DNA of 64,000 nt from NCBI GenBank assembly GCA_963771355.1, contig CAVYTA010000006.1, positions 928,001 through 992,000 of the forward strand. Reading direction: 5' to 3'. The position numbers were made by a program, and so were the translations under genes. The stretch is from an uncultured Candidatus Rokubacteria bacterium. GTDB taxonomy: Bacteria; Methylomirabilota; Methylomirabilia; Rokubacteriales; CSP1-6. The stretch's first letter is position 1, and every line of letters begins with the position of its first letter. The notes beneath the pieces are model-generated. The model made no database searches. It was not told the origin of the DNA and saw only the letters and a list, made by a program, of their open reading frames with translations. Below are positions 1 to 10,041 of this stretch, piece by piece.

Positions 1-1589
1 CCGAAGGCGCCATCGATGCCTCCAACATGCTGAAGCCCGCGCTCTCGCGCGGCGAGATCCAGACCATCGGCGCCACCACCCTGGACGAGTATCGAAAGTA
101 CATCGAGAAGGACGGCGCGCTGGAGCGGCGCTTCCAGCCGGTGATCGTGCGCGCCCCTTCCGTGCCGGAGTCGGTGGAGATCATCAAGGGCCTGCGCCAC
201 AAGTACGAGGCGCATCACCGCGTGAAGATCACCGATCAGGCCATCGACGCCGCGGTGAAGCTCGCCGACCGCTACATCACGGACCGTCAGCTCCCCGACA
301 AGGCCATCGACGTCATCGACGAGGCCTCCTCGCGCACCCGCCTCATGGCCCTCATGCCGCCGCCGGAGATCAAGGAGCTCGGCAAGGAGGTCGAGCGGGT
401 CGTCCGCGAGAAGGACATGTACCTGGAGGCGCAGGAGTTCGAGAAGGCGGCGTCGCTCCGGGAGAAGGAAAAGCTGCTGCGGGGGCGCGACGAGGAGCTC
501 AAGCGCGAGTGGGACAAGCGGAAGGGCAAGGGCCCCCAGACCGTCAGCGAGGAGGACATCGAGTACATCGTGTCCCGCTGGACGGGCATCCCGCTGTCGA
601 AGCTCGAAGAGAAGGAATCGGCCAAGCTCGCCCGCATGGAGGACGCCCTGCACGGCCGCATCGTGGGCCAGCGTGACGCGGTGGCCGCGGTGTCGCGGGC
701 GATCCGGCGCTCCCGGGCCGGGCTCAAGGACAGCAAGCGTCCGGTGGGGTCCTTCATCTTCCTCGGGCCCACCGGGGTGGGGAAGACCGAGCTCGCGCGG
801 GCGCTCGCCGAGTACCTCTTCGGCGACGAAAATGCGCTGATCCGGGTCGACATGTCCGAGTACATGGAGAAGTTCTCCGTCTCCCGGCTCCTCGGCGCCC
901 CTCCCGGCTACGTGGGCTACGAAGAGGGGGGCTTCCTCACCGAGAAAGTCCGCCGCCGGCCCTACTCGGTGGTGCTGTTCGACGAGATCGAGAAGGCCCA
1001 TCCGGACGTGTTCAACATGCTCCTCCAGGTGCTCGACGACGGACGCCTGTCGGACTCCGTGGGGCATGTGGTGGACTTCAAGAACACCATCTTGATCATG
1101 ACGTCGAACCTCGGGACGAGCTTCATCGGCAAGCGCGTATCGCCCGGCTTCATACCCGAGGGCGACGACGCCTCCCACGAGAAGATGAAGGGCCGGGTCA
1201 TGGAGGAGCTCAAGCGCGCCTTCCGGCCGGAGTTCGTCAATCGCATCGACGACACCATCGTGTTCCACGGCCTCTCGCGTGAGGACATCTCCAACATCGT
1301 CCGTCTCATGATGAAGCGGGTGAACGGTCAGCTCGCGGACAAGGGCATCACGGTGGAACCCACCACGGCGGCCCTCGATCTCCTCGTGGAGAAGGGGTAC
1401 GACGCCACCTACGGAGCCCGGCAGCTCCGGCGTACCATCCAGAAACATGTGGAGGACCCGCTCGCCGAGGCCATCGTCCGCGGTCAAATCACGGACGGGG
1501 CGCGCCTCGAGCTCGACGTGGAGGGGGATAATTTCGTCTTCCGGGAAGCGCAGGTCGCGGAGCCGCCTCTCGCGCTGGCCGAGCACTGA
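1..1589 (+). CDS. clpC: ATP-dependent Clp protease ATP-binding subunit ClpC (5'-truncated by window edge)
   Basis: End of NBD1 ([17 protein letters not shown]), UVR-like coiled coil, NBD2 Walker [35 protein letters not shown]. Confidence 0.93.
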   Translation, partial: EGAIDASNMLKPALSRGEIQTIGATTLDEYRKYIEKDGALERRFQPVIVRAPSVPESVEIIKGLRHKYEAHHRVKITDQAIDAAVKLADRYITDRQLPDKAIDVIDEASSRTRLMALMPPPEIKELGKEVERVVREKDMYLEAQEFEKAASLREKEKLLRGRDEELKREWDKRKGKGPQTVSEEDIEYIVSRWTGIPLSKLEEKESAKLARMEDALHGRIVGQRDAVAAVSRAIRRSRAGLKDSKRPVGSFIFLGPTGVGKTELARALAEYLFGDENALIRVDMSEYMEKFSVSRLLGAPPGYVGYEEGGFLTEKVRRRPYSVVLFDEIEKAHPDVFNMLLQVLDDGRLSDSVGHVVDFKNTILIMTSNLGTSFIGKRVSPGFIPEGDDASHEKMKGRVMEELKRAFRPEFVNRIDDTIVFHGLSREDISNIVRLMMKRVNGQLADKGITVEPTTAALDLLVEKGYDATYGARQLRRTIQKHVEDPLAEAIVRGQITDGARLELDVEGDNFVFREAQVAEPPLALAEH

Positions 1590-1632
1590 TCGACCGAACG
1601 CTGGGCCGAGATACGACGGGCCGCTCGCTCTC

Positions 1633-3906
1633 ATGACCGCCCTGGGGAGAATCCTTCTCTCCATTTTTTTTGCCTTCCTCCTCCTGCCGGCCCCTCCGGC
1701 AGGGGCGCAGACACCTCCCGAGCTCAGCCGTCAGATCACCGTCAAGGACCTCGTGGTCCAGGGGAACCGCCGGATCCAGGAGGCGGTGATCGTGGGACGC
1801 GTGAGCACCAAGGTGGGCACCCCTTTCTCGCCCAATCGACTCGCCGAGGACATCCGTGCCATCTTCGCCCTGGGCTATTTCGACGACGTCCAGCTCAAGG
1901 TGGAGGACTTCGAGGGCGGCGTGAAGGTCACCTTCATCGTGGTGGAGCGGCCGTTCGTCCGTGACGTGCAGTTCGCCGGCAACAAGAAACTCGATACCGT
2001 CACCCTCGCCGAGAAGATCGACGTCAAGCTGGGAGCGGTCTACAACCCGGTGGAGGTCACCCGGGCGGCGGAGAAGCTCAAGGACTTCTACGAAGAGGAA
2101 GGGTACTTCGAGGTGCAGGTCACGCCCGACGCCACCAAGCTGCCGGATGGCGACGTGGCCGTCACCTTCCGCATCGCGGAAGGCCGCAAGATCACCATCG
2201 AGGAGATCGTCATCGAAGGCGCCAAGGGCGTCACCCCCAAGCAGATCAAGGCGGTGATGGCCACCCAGGAGCGCCAGTACTACATCCTGCGCGGCACGGT
2301 GGAGCGTCAGAAGCTCGACGACGACCGCGACCGCATCGCATCGCTCTACAACGACCACGGCTACATCCAGGCCCGCGTGGAATCGGCCGACGCCATCGTG
2401 GACAAGGAGCGCGCCCGCGTCACCATCCGGATCGGGGTGGTGGAGGGGCCGCAGTTCATCGTGGGTGGCATCGACATCACGGGGAACAAAGTGGTGCCGG
2501 TGGAGGAGATCCGCCGCCGCATCCCTTTCAAGACCGGAGACGTCTTCTCGCGCGGTAAGGTGCGCGACAGCATCGCCGCCATCCAGGCCCTGTACGGCAC
2601 CATCGGCCGTGCCTCCGCCGACGTGAATCCCCAGTCCTCCCAGGACACCCCGAACCGACGAATCAACCTGACCTACGAGATCAACGAGGGCCCCGAGGTC
2701 TTCGTGGAGCGGATCAACATCACCGGCAACACGCGAAGCCAGGAGAAGATCCTCCGCCGCGAGATCCCAATGCACGAGGGGGACTTCTACACCAGCGCCA
2801 AGCTCGAGCGCGCGAGACAGCGGCTCAACAACCTCGGCTACTTCGAGCAGGTGAAGGCCACCACCTCGCCCGGCTCCGCCAAGGACAAGATCATCGTCAA
2901 CATCGAGGTCACCGAGCGGCCCACCGGGCTCTTCTCGATCGGCGGCGGCTACAGCTCCGCGGACAGCTTCATCGCCACCCTCGATCTCTCGCAGCGGAAC
3001 TTCCTCGGGCGCGGCTGGGAGCTGTTCCTTCGCGTCCGCGCGGGCGCGGAGACCCAGCAGGGCACCATTGGCTTCACCGAGCCCTGGCTCTTCGACCGGC
3101 CGCTATCCGCCGGCTTCGATCTGTTCAACAACCGCCGGATCTTCGACGACTACACTGTCAATTCCCTGGGCGGCGACGTGCGCTTCGGGCATCCGCTCGG
3201 CGACTACTCCCGCTGGAATCTCATCTACCGGCTCACCCAGGACGACATCAGCGACGTCGACGACAACGCCAGCTCCAGCCTCAAGAGCGAGGAAGGGACG
3301 CGCATCACCTCCCTCGTGGGCGGCGCCGTCACCCGGGACACCCGGGACAGCGCCTTCGAGCCCACGCGGGGCTCCATCGTTTCCGTCGGGGCGGACTTCG
3401 CGGGGTTGGGCGGGGACAGCAAGTTCGTGCGCGGGCTCGCCAACATCGCCACCTTCTACAACATCTGGCTGGATCACGTGATCAGCGGGCGCGCGCAGGG
3501 CGCCTACATGGTAGGCTGGTCCAACGATCCGGTGCCCCTGTTCGAGCGGTTTTATTTGGGCGGCGCCAATTCCCTCCGCGGGTTCAAGGCGCGTCAGGTC
3601 TCGCCGGTCGACGAGTCGGGAACCCGGGTGGGGGGCACCATCCAGCTCCTGGGGAACGTGGAATACACGGTGCCGCTGTTCTTCGGGGTCCGGGCAGCGG
3701 TCTTCTATGATGTGGGGCAGGTATACGGACCGGACACGTCGTTCGGCACCACGTTCGACCTCAGCGAGCTCCGGCACAATGCCGGGCTCAGCCTGCGGTG
3801 GGCCTCGCCGTTCGGGCCGCTGCGGATCGACTACGGCTTCAAGCTCGACCGTCGCAAGAACGAAAGCATGGGGGAGTTCCAGTTCTCGGTGGGCGCCCCG
3901 TTCTAA
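1633..3906 (+). CDS. bamA: Outer membrane protein assembly factor BamA
   Basis: Signal peptide after ATG 1633, POTRA repeats, ERFYLGGANSLRGF loop, C-terminal FQFSVGAPF. Confidence 0.95.
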   Translation: MTALGRILLSIFFAFLLLPAPPAGAQTPPELSRQITVKDLVVQGNRRIQEAVIVGRVSTKVGTPFSPNRLAEDIRAIFALGYFDDVQLKVEDFEGGVKVTFIVVERPFVRDVQFAGNKKLDTVTLAEKIDVKLGAVYNPVEVTRAAEKLKDFYEEEGYFEVQVTPDATKLPDGDVAVTFRIAEGRKITIEEIVIEGAKGVTPKQIKAVMATQERQYYILRGTVERQKLDDDRDRIASLYNDHGYIQARVESADAIVDKERARVTIRIGVVEGPQFIVGGIDITGNKVVPVEEIRRRIPFKTGDVFSRGKVRDSIAAIQALYGTIGRASADVNPQSSQDTPNRRINLTYEINEGPEVFVERINITGNTRSQEKILRREIPMHEGDFYTSAKLERARQRLNNLGYFEQVKATTSPGSAKDKIIVNIEVTERPTGLFSIGGGYSSADSFIATLDLSQRNFLGRGWELFLRVRAGAETQQGTIGFTEPWLFDRPLSAGFDLFNNRRIFDDYTVNSLGGDVRFGHPLGDYSRWNLIYRLTQDDISDVDDNASSSLKSEEGTRITSLVGGAVTRDTRDSAFEPTRGSIVSVGADFAGLGGDSKFVRGLANIATFYNIWLDHVISGRAQGAYMVGWSNDPVPLFERFYLGGANSLRGFKARQVSPVDESGTRVGGTIQLLGNVEYTVPLFFGVRAAVFYDVGQVYGPDTSFGTTFDLSELRHNAGLSLRWASPFGPLRIDYGFKLDRRKNESMGEFQFSVGAPF

Positions 3907-3938
3907 GACATCGGCATAGAAACGAAGGAGGTACAAAG

Positions 3939-4547
3939 ATGCGTGTGGTCCTCAAGGGATTGCTCCCCGTCCTCGCCCTGGTCGCTGCCTGGTCCCTGGG
4001 CGCCTGGTGGTCGCCGCTCCCCGCGGGGGCGCAGGCGCCGGCCCCCGCGCAGGCCCCGGCCCCGGCTCCGGCTCCCGCCACCGGCGCCACCCGCATTGCC
4101 TTCATCGACTCGCAGCGGGTGGTCGCCCGCTCCGCCGCCGGGGTAGCCGCCCGCGACGCCCTCGAGCGCGAGAAGGCCGCCATGCAGAAGAAGCTGGATG
4201 GTGAGCAGGTGGAGCTGACAAAGCTCAAGGAAGACCTCGAGAAGAAGGGGCAGCTCCTGTCGGCGGAGGTCCGCAAGGAGAAGCAAGAGACCCTCGAGCG
4301 CCGGGTGCGTGACCTGCGGCGGCTCGTGGACGACTTCGAGAAGGACTACACGAAGAAGGACCGTGATCTGATGGGCAAGTTCCTCCGTGAGCTGAGCGGC
4401 GTCGTCCAGAAGGTGGGCAAGGAAAAGGGCTTCACCCTGATCGTCGACGCGCGGGGCGCGGGCGTGATCTACGGAGCGCCCGAGGCGGACTTGACCGAGG
4501 AGATCATCCGGGCCTTCGACGACGAAACCAAGAAGGCCAAGAAGTAG
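3939..4547 (+). CDS. skp: OmpH/Skp periplasmic chaperone
   Basis: GGAGG RBS before ATG 3939, signal peptide, RIAFID motif, coiled coil, DLTEEII end; sits between bamA and lpxD. Confidence 0.92.
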   Translation: MRVVLKGLLPVLALVAAWSLGAWWSPLPAGAQAPAPAQAPAPAPAPATGATRIAFIDSQRVVARSAAGVAARDALEREKAAMQKKLDGEQVELTKLKEDLEKKGQLLSAEVRKEKQETLERRVRDLRRLVDDFEKDYTKKDRDLMGKFLRELSGVVQKVGKEKGFTLIVDARGAGVIYGAPEADLTEEIIRAFDDETKKAKK

Positions 4548-5591
4548 GTGGCGGCCGCCGGGCCCTACACGCTCGGGGAGCTGGCGGCGACGCTGGGCGC
4601 CCGGCTCGAGGGCGATCCGGGAGTCCGGGTGCGGGGCGTGGCGCCGCTGGAAACCGCGGGACCCGAGGACGTCTCCTTCGCTCTGGGGGCGCGGCACGGA
4701 CGCGCGGCGGCGGCGAGCCGCGCCGGGGCCATCCTGACCGGCGAGGACGTGACCGGGCTCGCCTGCCCGGTGCTGAGGGTCCCGGCCCCTCAGACCGCCC
4801 TCATCGCCCTGCTCCGCCTTTTCCACCCCGAGCCTCCATTGGACCCCGGCATTCATCGCCTGGCCTGGGTGGCGGAGGGCGCCGAGGTGGATCCAGGCGC
4901 GGCGGTGGGGCCCTTCGCGGTCGTGGAGCAGCGCGCGCACATCGGCCGGGGCAGCCGGGTGGGCGCGCTCTGCTTCGTGGGGGAGGGTGCCCGGCTCGGC
5001 GAAGACGTTCACCTCTACCCCCGGGTGGTCGTGCGCGACGGGGTGCAGATCGGCAACCGCGTCGTCGTCCACTCGGGCGCGGTGCTGGGCGCCGACGGCT
5101 TCGGCTATGCTTTCGATGGGCGCGCCCACCGCAAGATCCCCCAGGTGGGCGGGGTGCGCATCGAGGACGATGTGGAGATCGGCGCGAACACCACCGTGGA
5201 CCGCGCCACCCTCGGCGTAACCGTGATCGGGCGCGGGAGCAAGCTCGACAATCTGGTGCAGGTGGCGCATAACTGCGAGATCGGCGAGGATGTCCTCCTG
5301 GTGTCGCAGGTGGGGGTGGCCGGATCATGCCGCATCGGGAGCCGCGCCGTGCTCGCCGGTCAAGTAGGAGTAGCGGACCACACGATCATCGGGGCGGGAG
5401 CCATCATCACCGCCAAGTCCGGCCTGACAGGCGAGATCCCCGCCGGCACGGTGTGGAGCGGAATCCCCGCACGGCCCAGCGGCGAGACCAAGCGGATCTG
5501 GGCGGCGCAGGGACGGCTGCCGGACCTGCTGCGGCGAGTTCGGGAGCTCGAGGTGCGACTCGGCGAACTGGAGAAGCGAACGACGCCATGA
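4548..5591 (+). CDS. lpxD: UDP-3-O-acylglucosamine N-acyltransferase
   Basis: Hexapeptide repeats, GADGFGY, KIPQVG, KLDNLVQVAHN. Confidence 0.95.
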   Translation: MAAAGPYTLGELAATLGARLEGDPGVRVRGVAPLETAGPEDVSFALGARHGRAAAASRAGAILTGEDVTGLACPVLRVPAPQTALIALLRLFHPEPPLDPGIHRLAWVAEGAEVDPGAAVGPFAVVEQRAHIGRGSRVGALCFVGEGARLGEDVHLYPRVVVRDGVQIGNRVVVHSGAVLGADGFGYAFDGRAHRKIPQVGGVRIEDDVEIGANTTVDRATLGVTVIGRGSKLDNLVQVAHNCEIGEDVLLVSQVGVAGSCRIGSRAVLAGQVGVADHTIIGAGAIITAKSGLTGEIPAGTVWSGIPARPSGETKRIWAAQGRLPDLLRRVRELEVRLGELEKRTTP

Positions 5592-6415
5592 CCGACATTC
5601 ATCCCGCGGCCTTCGTGGATCCCCGGGCACGGCTGGGCGCGGACGTGCGCGTGGGCCCCGGTACCCTCATCGGGCCCGAGGTGGAGGTGGGCGACGGCGT
5701 GATGATCGGCGCCCACGCCGTGCTCGAGGGGCGCGTCCGGCTCGGCGCCCGCTGCCGCGTGGGCCACGGCGCCATCATCGGCGCGGAGCCCCAGGACCTC
5801 AAGTATCGCGAAGACACCGCGACCGGCGTCCGCATCGGAGAGGGCACCGTGATCCGCGAGTACGCGACCATCCACCGCGCCACCCACGAGGGCCACGACA
5901 CGGTGGTGGGGGCAAATTGCCTCCTCATGGCCACCTGCCACGTGGCCCACGACTGCGTGGTGGGGGATCACGTGATCATGATCAACGGCGCGGCGCTCAC
6001 CGGGCACGTCACGGTGGAGGACCATGCCACCGTGGGCGGTCTCAGCGGCGTCCATCCCTTCACTCGCGTGGGCACCTTCGCCTATATCGGCGGCTGCACC
6101 AAGGTCACGCAGGACGTGCCGCCCTACGTGATGGTGGACGGCGTGCCCGCGGTCGCGCGCGCGGTCAACGTCGTCGGCATGAGGCGGGGCGGCATCGACG
6201 TGGCCGGGCGCCGTCAGGCGCAGGAGGCCTTCCGCATCCTCTACCGGTCGGGGCTCGCCACCGCCGCCGGCGTAGCGCGCCTGCGTGAGGAGCTGGGGGA
6301 CGGCGCGGTGGCGCGCCGCATCGTCACGTTCATCGAGGGCTCCAAGCGCGGCATCGTGGGCGCGGGGGCGGGGGTGGAGCGCGACGGCGCCGAGCTCTCG
6401 GAGCGGGTCCAGTGA
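5588..6415 (+). CDS. lpxA: Acyl-ACP:UDP-GlcNAc acyltransferase
   Basis: IHPAAFVDP start, PQDLKY, IREYATIHRAT, HVAHDC, QDVPPY; ATGA overlap with lpxD. Confidence 0.95.
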   Translation: MTDIHPAAFVDPRARLGADVRVGPGTLIGPEVEVGDGVMIGAHAVLEGRVRLGARCRVGHGAIIGAEPQDLKYREDTATGVRIGEGTVIREYATIHRATHEGHDTVVGANCLLMATCHVAHDCVVGDHVIMINGAALTGHVTVEDHATVGGLSGVHPFTRVGTFAYIGGCTKVTQDVPPYVMVDGVPAVARAVNVVGMRRGGIDVAGRRQAQEAFRILYRSGLATAAGVARLREELGDGAVARRIVTFIEGSKRGIVGAGAGVERDGAELSERVQ

Positions 6416-7443
6416 GCCCCCTGGCGGAGCCTCGGATTCGCGCGGGGGTGGTGGGCGCCGGCCACATGGGCCAGTACCACATCATCGCCCTCATGGAGCT
6501 GTGGGACGTCGACCTCATCGGGATCGTCGATCAGGATTTCGCACGGGCGGAGGCGCTCGCTGCCACCTACGGTACCAAGGCCTTCCGCGATCACCACGAG
6601 CTGGCGGGGCTGGTGGACGTGGCCACGGTGGCGGTGCCCACCGAGCAGCACTTCGACGTCTCCCGGGATCTCCTCGAGGCCGGCGTCCACGTGCTCGTGG
6701 AAAAGCCCATGACGCCCACCCTGGAGGAGGCGAAAGAGCTCTTCCGCGTGGCGCGCGCCCGCAACCGCGTGCTCCATGTCGGCCACGTGGAGCGCTTCAA
6801 CGGGGCGGTGCAGGAGCTGCGAAAGATCGTCGAGCGCCCCATCCTCATCGAGTCCCGGCGCCTGGGCCCCTTCTCGCCGCGGGTCGCCAAGGATTCCGTG
6901 GTCATCGACCTCATGATCCACGATCTCGACATCGTCCTGGGGCTGGTGGACGGCGAGCCGCGCAAGGTCACCGCCATGGGGGCCTCCGTGCGCTCGGGGC
7001 TGGCCGACGTCGCCAACGTGCAGATCGTCTTCGATGGCGGAACCATGGCCACCATCACCGCCAGTCGCGCCACCGAGGAGAAGATCCGCACTCTCGCCAT
7101 CACCCAGCCCGAGGCTTACATCGTGCTGGACTACCAGAACCAGGACATCCAGATCCATCGGCGGGCGGCGCAGGACTACACCGTGAACCGCGAAGCCATC
7201 CGCTATCGGCAGGCTTCGTTCGTGGAGCACCTGTTCGTCCACAAGGACAACCCCCTCAAGCTCGAGCTTCGCCACCTCATGGCCGCCGCCCGGGCGGCCC
7301 AGTCCACCGGACGCGTGGAGCTGCCGGAGGGGGAAGACCTCCGCTCCCTGGCCGTCGCGCTGGAGGTCGAGCGGATGATCCGCGAGGGCCGGGGGGAAAT
7401 CGCCTGGCCGGAGGATCTTCCGTGGAGCGTTGCCTCGGCCTGA
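6412..7443 (+). CDS. Gfo/Idh/MocA oxidoreductase, GnnA-like (UDP-GlcNAc 3-dehydrogenase candidate)
   Basis: GAGHMG Rossmann motif, EKP, GHVERFN, DLMIHDLD; lies between lpxA and lpxI/lpxB. Confidence 0.8.
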   Translation: MSPLAEPRIRAGVVGAGHMGQYHIIALMELWDVDLIGIVDQDFARAEALAATYGTKAFRDHHELAGLVDVATVAVPTEQHFDVSRDLLEAGVHVLVEKPMTPTLEEAKELFRVARARNRVLHVGHVERFNGAVQELRKIVERPILIESRRLGPFSPRVAKDSVVIDLMIHDLDIVLGLVDGEPRKVTAMGASVRSGLADVANVQIVFDGGTMATITASRATEEKIRTLAITQPEAYIVLDYQNQDIQIHRRAAQDYTVNREAIRYRQASFVEHLFVHKDNPLKLELRHLMAAARAAQSTGRVELPEGEDLRSLAVALEVERMIREGRGEIAWPEDLPWSVASA

Positions 7444-8228
7444 TGGCCGGGGCCGGGATCATACCCGGCCGCGCCGCCGCTGAAGCACGGCGGCAAGGAT
7501 GGAAGGTCGTGGCGTTTGCCTTCGAAGAGGCGCCCGGCCTCGCCGACGCCGCCGAGCGCGTCCTGCCCTCGTCCATCACCGAGATCCAGACCGTGCTCAC
7601 CGCGCTCGCCGCCGAGCGCGTGACCGCGGTCGCCTTCGTGGGCAAGTTCTGGAAGCAGAGCGTGTTCTCCGCCGCCGGGCGCGGTGATGTCGCGGGCCAG
7701 CGGCTCGGCCGGGAGGGCCTCTCCGACGACGCGCTCGCGCGCATGGCCGTGGTCACGCTGGAAGCCATGGGGGTCGAGGTGCTCGACCAGCGGCGCTTCC
7801 TCGGGCCGTGGCTGCTCAGCGCGGAGCAGCTGACCTCTCGCGCGCCCACGGATGCTGAGTGGGAGGAGATCCGAGCCGGCTGGCGCCTGGCGCGCGAGCT
7901 CGCCAACCGCGGGGTCGGCCAGACGCTGGTGCGCGCCCGCGGCGTCACCGTGGCGGTGGAGGCGTCCGAGGGTACCGACGAGACCATACGGAGAGGCGTC
8001 CGTTTATCGGGCCCGGGCGCGGTGGTGATCAAGGCGGTGGCGGACGATCACGACTTCCGCTTCGATGTGCCCGCGGTGGGGCTGGCCACGCTCGACGCCA
8101 TGGCCGCGGGAGGCGCCACCGCGCTGGCGGTGGCGCGGGGTCGAACCCTCCTGGTGGACGGCGAGGCGGTCATGCGTCGGGCGGAGGAGGCCGGCATCGC
8201 GGTGGTGACGCTCGAGGACGGGGCATGA
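7422..8228 (+). CDS. lpxI: UDP-2,3-diacylglucosamine diphosphatase LpxI
   Basis: LGLMAGAGIIP N-terminus, GVGQT, AVEASEGTD, DFRFDVPAVG; GTG start after GGAGGA. Confidence 0.88.
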   Translation: MERCLGLMAGAGIIPGRAAAEARRQGWKVVAFAFEEAPGLADAAERVLPSSITEIQTVLTALAAERVTAVAFVGKFWKQSVFSAAGRGDVAGQRLGREGLSDDALARMAVVTLEAMGVEVLDQRRFLGPWLLSAEQLTSRAPTDAEWEEIRAGWRLARELANRGVGQTLVRARGVTVAVEASEGTDETIRRGVRLSGPGAVVIKAVADDHDFRFDVPAVGLATLDAMAAGGATALAVARGRTLLVDGEAVMRRAEEAGIAVVTLEDGA

Positions 8229-9391
8229 GGCCGCCTTCGACGGGCACCATCATGCTCTCGGCGGGGGAAACCTCCGGCGATCTGCATGGGGGCACGCTCT
8301 GCCGGGCGCTCCGCGAGCTGGATCCCGCGCTGCGGCTGATCGGCATGGGCGGCGCCCGCATGGCGGCGGCCGGCATGGAGGTGGTGGCCGATCCCACCGC
8401 CCACGCGGTGGTGGGCACGAGTGAGGCGGTGGGCCGCGTGCCCGCGCTCTACCGCGCCTATCGCGCCCTGGTCCACCGGCTCCGCGAGGACCGGCCCCGG
8501 GTCCTGGTGGTCATCGACTTCCCGGAGTTCAACATGCGCCTGGCCCGCCAGGCGCGCCGGGCGGGCGTGCCGGTGGTGTTCTTCATCCCCCCCCAGGTGT
8601 GGGCCTGGCGCCGGCGGCGGGTGCGGCTCATCGCCCGGCTGGCGACCCGTGTGCTCGCGGTGTTTCCCTTCGAGCCGCCCATGTACGAGGCCGCGGGCGT
8701 CGCCGTCGAGTTCGTGGGCCATCCGCTTCTCGACGTGCTCCCGCCGGGCCTCGACCGCGCGCGGGCCCGCCTGGGGCTCGGCATCGAGCCCGATCTGTCG
8801 GTGGTGGGTCTCTTCCCGGGCAGCCGGCGCGAGGAGATCATACGCCTCCTGCCGGCGATGCTGGACGCCGCCCGCCGGCTGGTCACGCTCGGCGCACCTA
8901 CCCCGCGCTTCGCGCTGGGGCTCGCGCCTTCGGTGGATCGACGGCTGGTGGAATCGCACCTGGCCACCGCCGAGCGAGCCGGCGGTCCGCCGGTGGAGAT
9001 TCTCGAGCATCGCACGTACGAGCTCATGGCCGCCGCCGACGCCATCCTCATCGCCTCGGGCACGGCCACGCTCGAAGCCGCCCTGCTCGGCACGCCGATG
9101 GTGGTGTGCTATCGCGTGTCCCGCTTCACCGAGCTGATCTCCCGCCTGCTCATCCGCATCCCGAGGATCAGCCTGCCCAATATCGTGGCTGGCCGCGACG
9201 TGGTCCCGGAGCTCCTGCAGAGCGAGGTCACGGGCACACGCCTGGCGCAGGAGGTCCGGCGGCTGCTCGTCGAGCCTGGCGCCGCCGCCGCCCAGCGCGC
9301 GACCTTCGCCGAGCTGCGCGGCCGGCTCGGCGAGCCCGGGGTGGGGCGACGGGCCGCGCGCGCCGTCCTCGCCTCCGCGCGCGCGGCATGA
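8225..9391 (+). CDS. lpxB: Lipid A disaccharide synthase
   Basis: AGETSGDLHG, IDFPEFN, PPQVWAWR, PGSRREE, SGTATLE, PELLQ. Confidence 0.95.
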   Translation: MRPPSTGTIMLSAGETSGDLHGGTLCRALRELDPALRLIGMGGARMAAAGMEVVADPTAHAVVGTSEAVGRVPALYRAYRALVHRLREDRPRVLVVIDFPEFNMRLARQARRAGVPVVFFIPPQVWAWRRRRVRLIARLATRVLAVFPFEPPMYEAAGVAVEFVGHPLLDVLPPGLDRARARLGLGIEPDLSVVGLFPGSRREEIIRLLPAMLDAARRLVTLGAPTPRFALGLAPSVDRRLVESHLATAERAGGPPVEILEHRTYELMAAADAILIASGTATLEAALLGTPMVVCYRVSRFTELISRLLIRIPRISLPNIVAGRDVVPELLQSEVTGTRLAQEVRRLLVEPGAAAAQRATFAELRGRLGEPGVGRRAARAVLASARAA

Positions 9392-10041
9392 CGGCGTCGC
9401 CCCCACTGGCGCTGCGGCTCGGGCTCCCGCTCGGGGCGGCCGCGCTCCGCCTCCTCGCCAGCACCTGCGCGGTGCGCTTCGCGGAGGGGGACGCGGGCGC
9501 GCGCTGGCGGGCGGGCACGCCGTTCGTGTTCGCCACCTGGCACTCGCGCGTGCTCCTGCTGCCCTACCTCTATCGCGGCCGGCGGCTCCGCGTGCTCACC
9601 AGCCGATCGCGGGACGGCGAGCTGGTGGCGCGCCTCTGCGCCCGCATGGGCCTGGAGGTCGTGCGCGGGTCTTCAAGCCGGGGGGGCGCGAGCGCGCTTC
9701 GCGCCCTCACGCGGTCGCTGGCCGAGGGCGTCAGCGTGATGGTGGTGCCGGATGGCCCCCGTGGGCCCCGGGAGATCGTCAAGCCGGGGCTGGTCACGCT
9801 GGCCGCGCTGACCGGGGCGGCGATCGTGCCGGTGGCGCTGGGCGCCTCCGCCGAGTGGCGGCTGCGCTCCTGGGACGGCTTCCGCATCCCGCGCCCCTTC
9901 GCCCGCTGCGTGATGCGCTTCGCCGCACCCATCGCGGTGGCGCGCGACGCCGATCGCGACGTGCGTGAGGCGGCTCGCAAGGAGATCGAGGCGGCGCTGC
10001 ACGCGGTGAGTGGACACGCGGACGCGGAGGCAGCCGCGTGA
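9388..10041 (+). CDS. DUF374 / lysophospholipid acyltransferase-like protein
   Basis: WH, SRSRDGE, RGSSSRGG, PDGPRGP, SWDGF.IP.PF motifs; usual position before waaA. Confidence 0.85.
   Translation: MTASPPLALRLGLPLGAAALRLLASTCAVRFAEGDAGARWRAGTPFVFATWHSRVLLLPYLYRGRRLRVLTSRSRDGELVARLCARMGLEVVRGSSSRGGASALRALTRSLAEGVSVMVVPDGPRGPREIVKPGLVTLAALTGAAIVPVALGASAEWRLRSWDGFRIPRPFARCVMRFAAPIAVARDADRDVREAARKEIEAALHAVSGHADAEAAA

Noticed and set aside
5327..8228. Long N-terminal extensions or fusions suggested by the ORF track (5327, 6285, also 11430, 21258, 26242, 27219, 37749)
   Set aside because: The true starts lie downstream, at or near the previous gene's stop (mostly ATGA/GTGA overlaps); the extensions are out-of-frame readings of the upstream gene.
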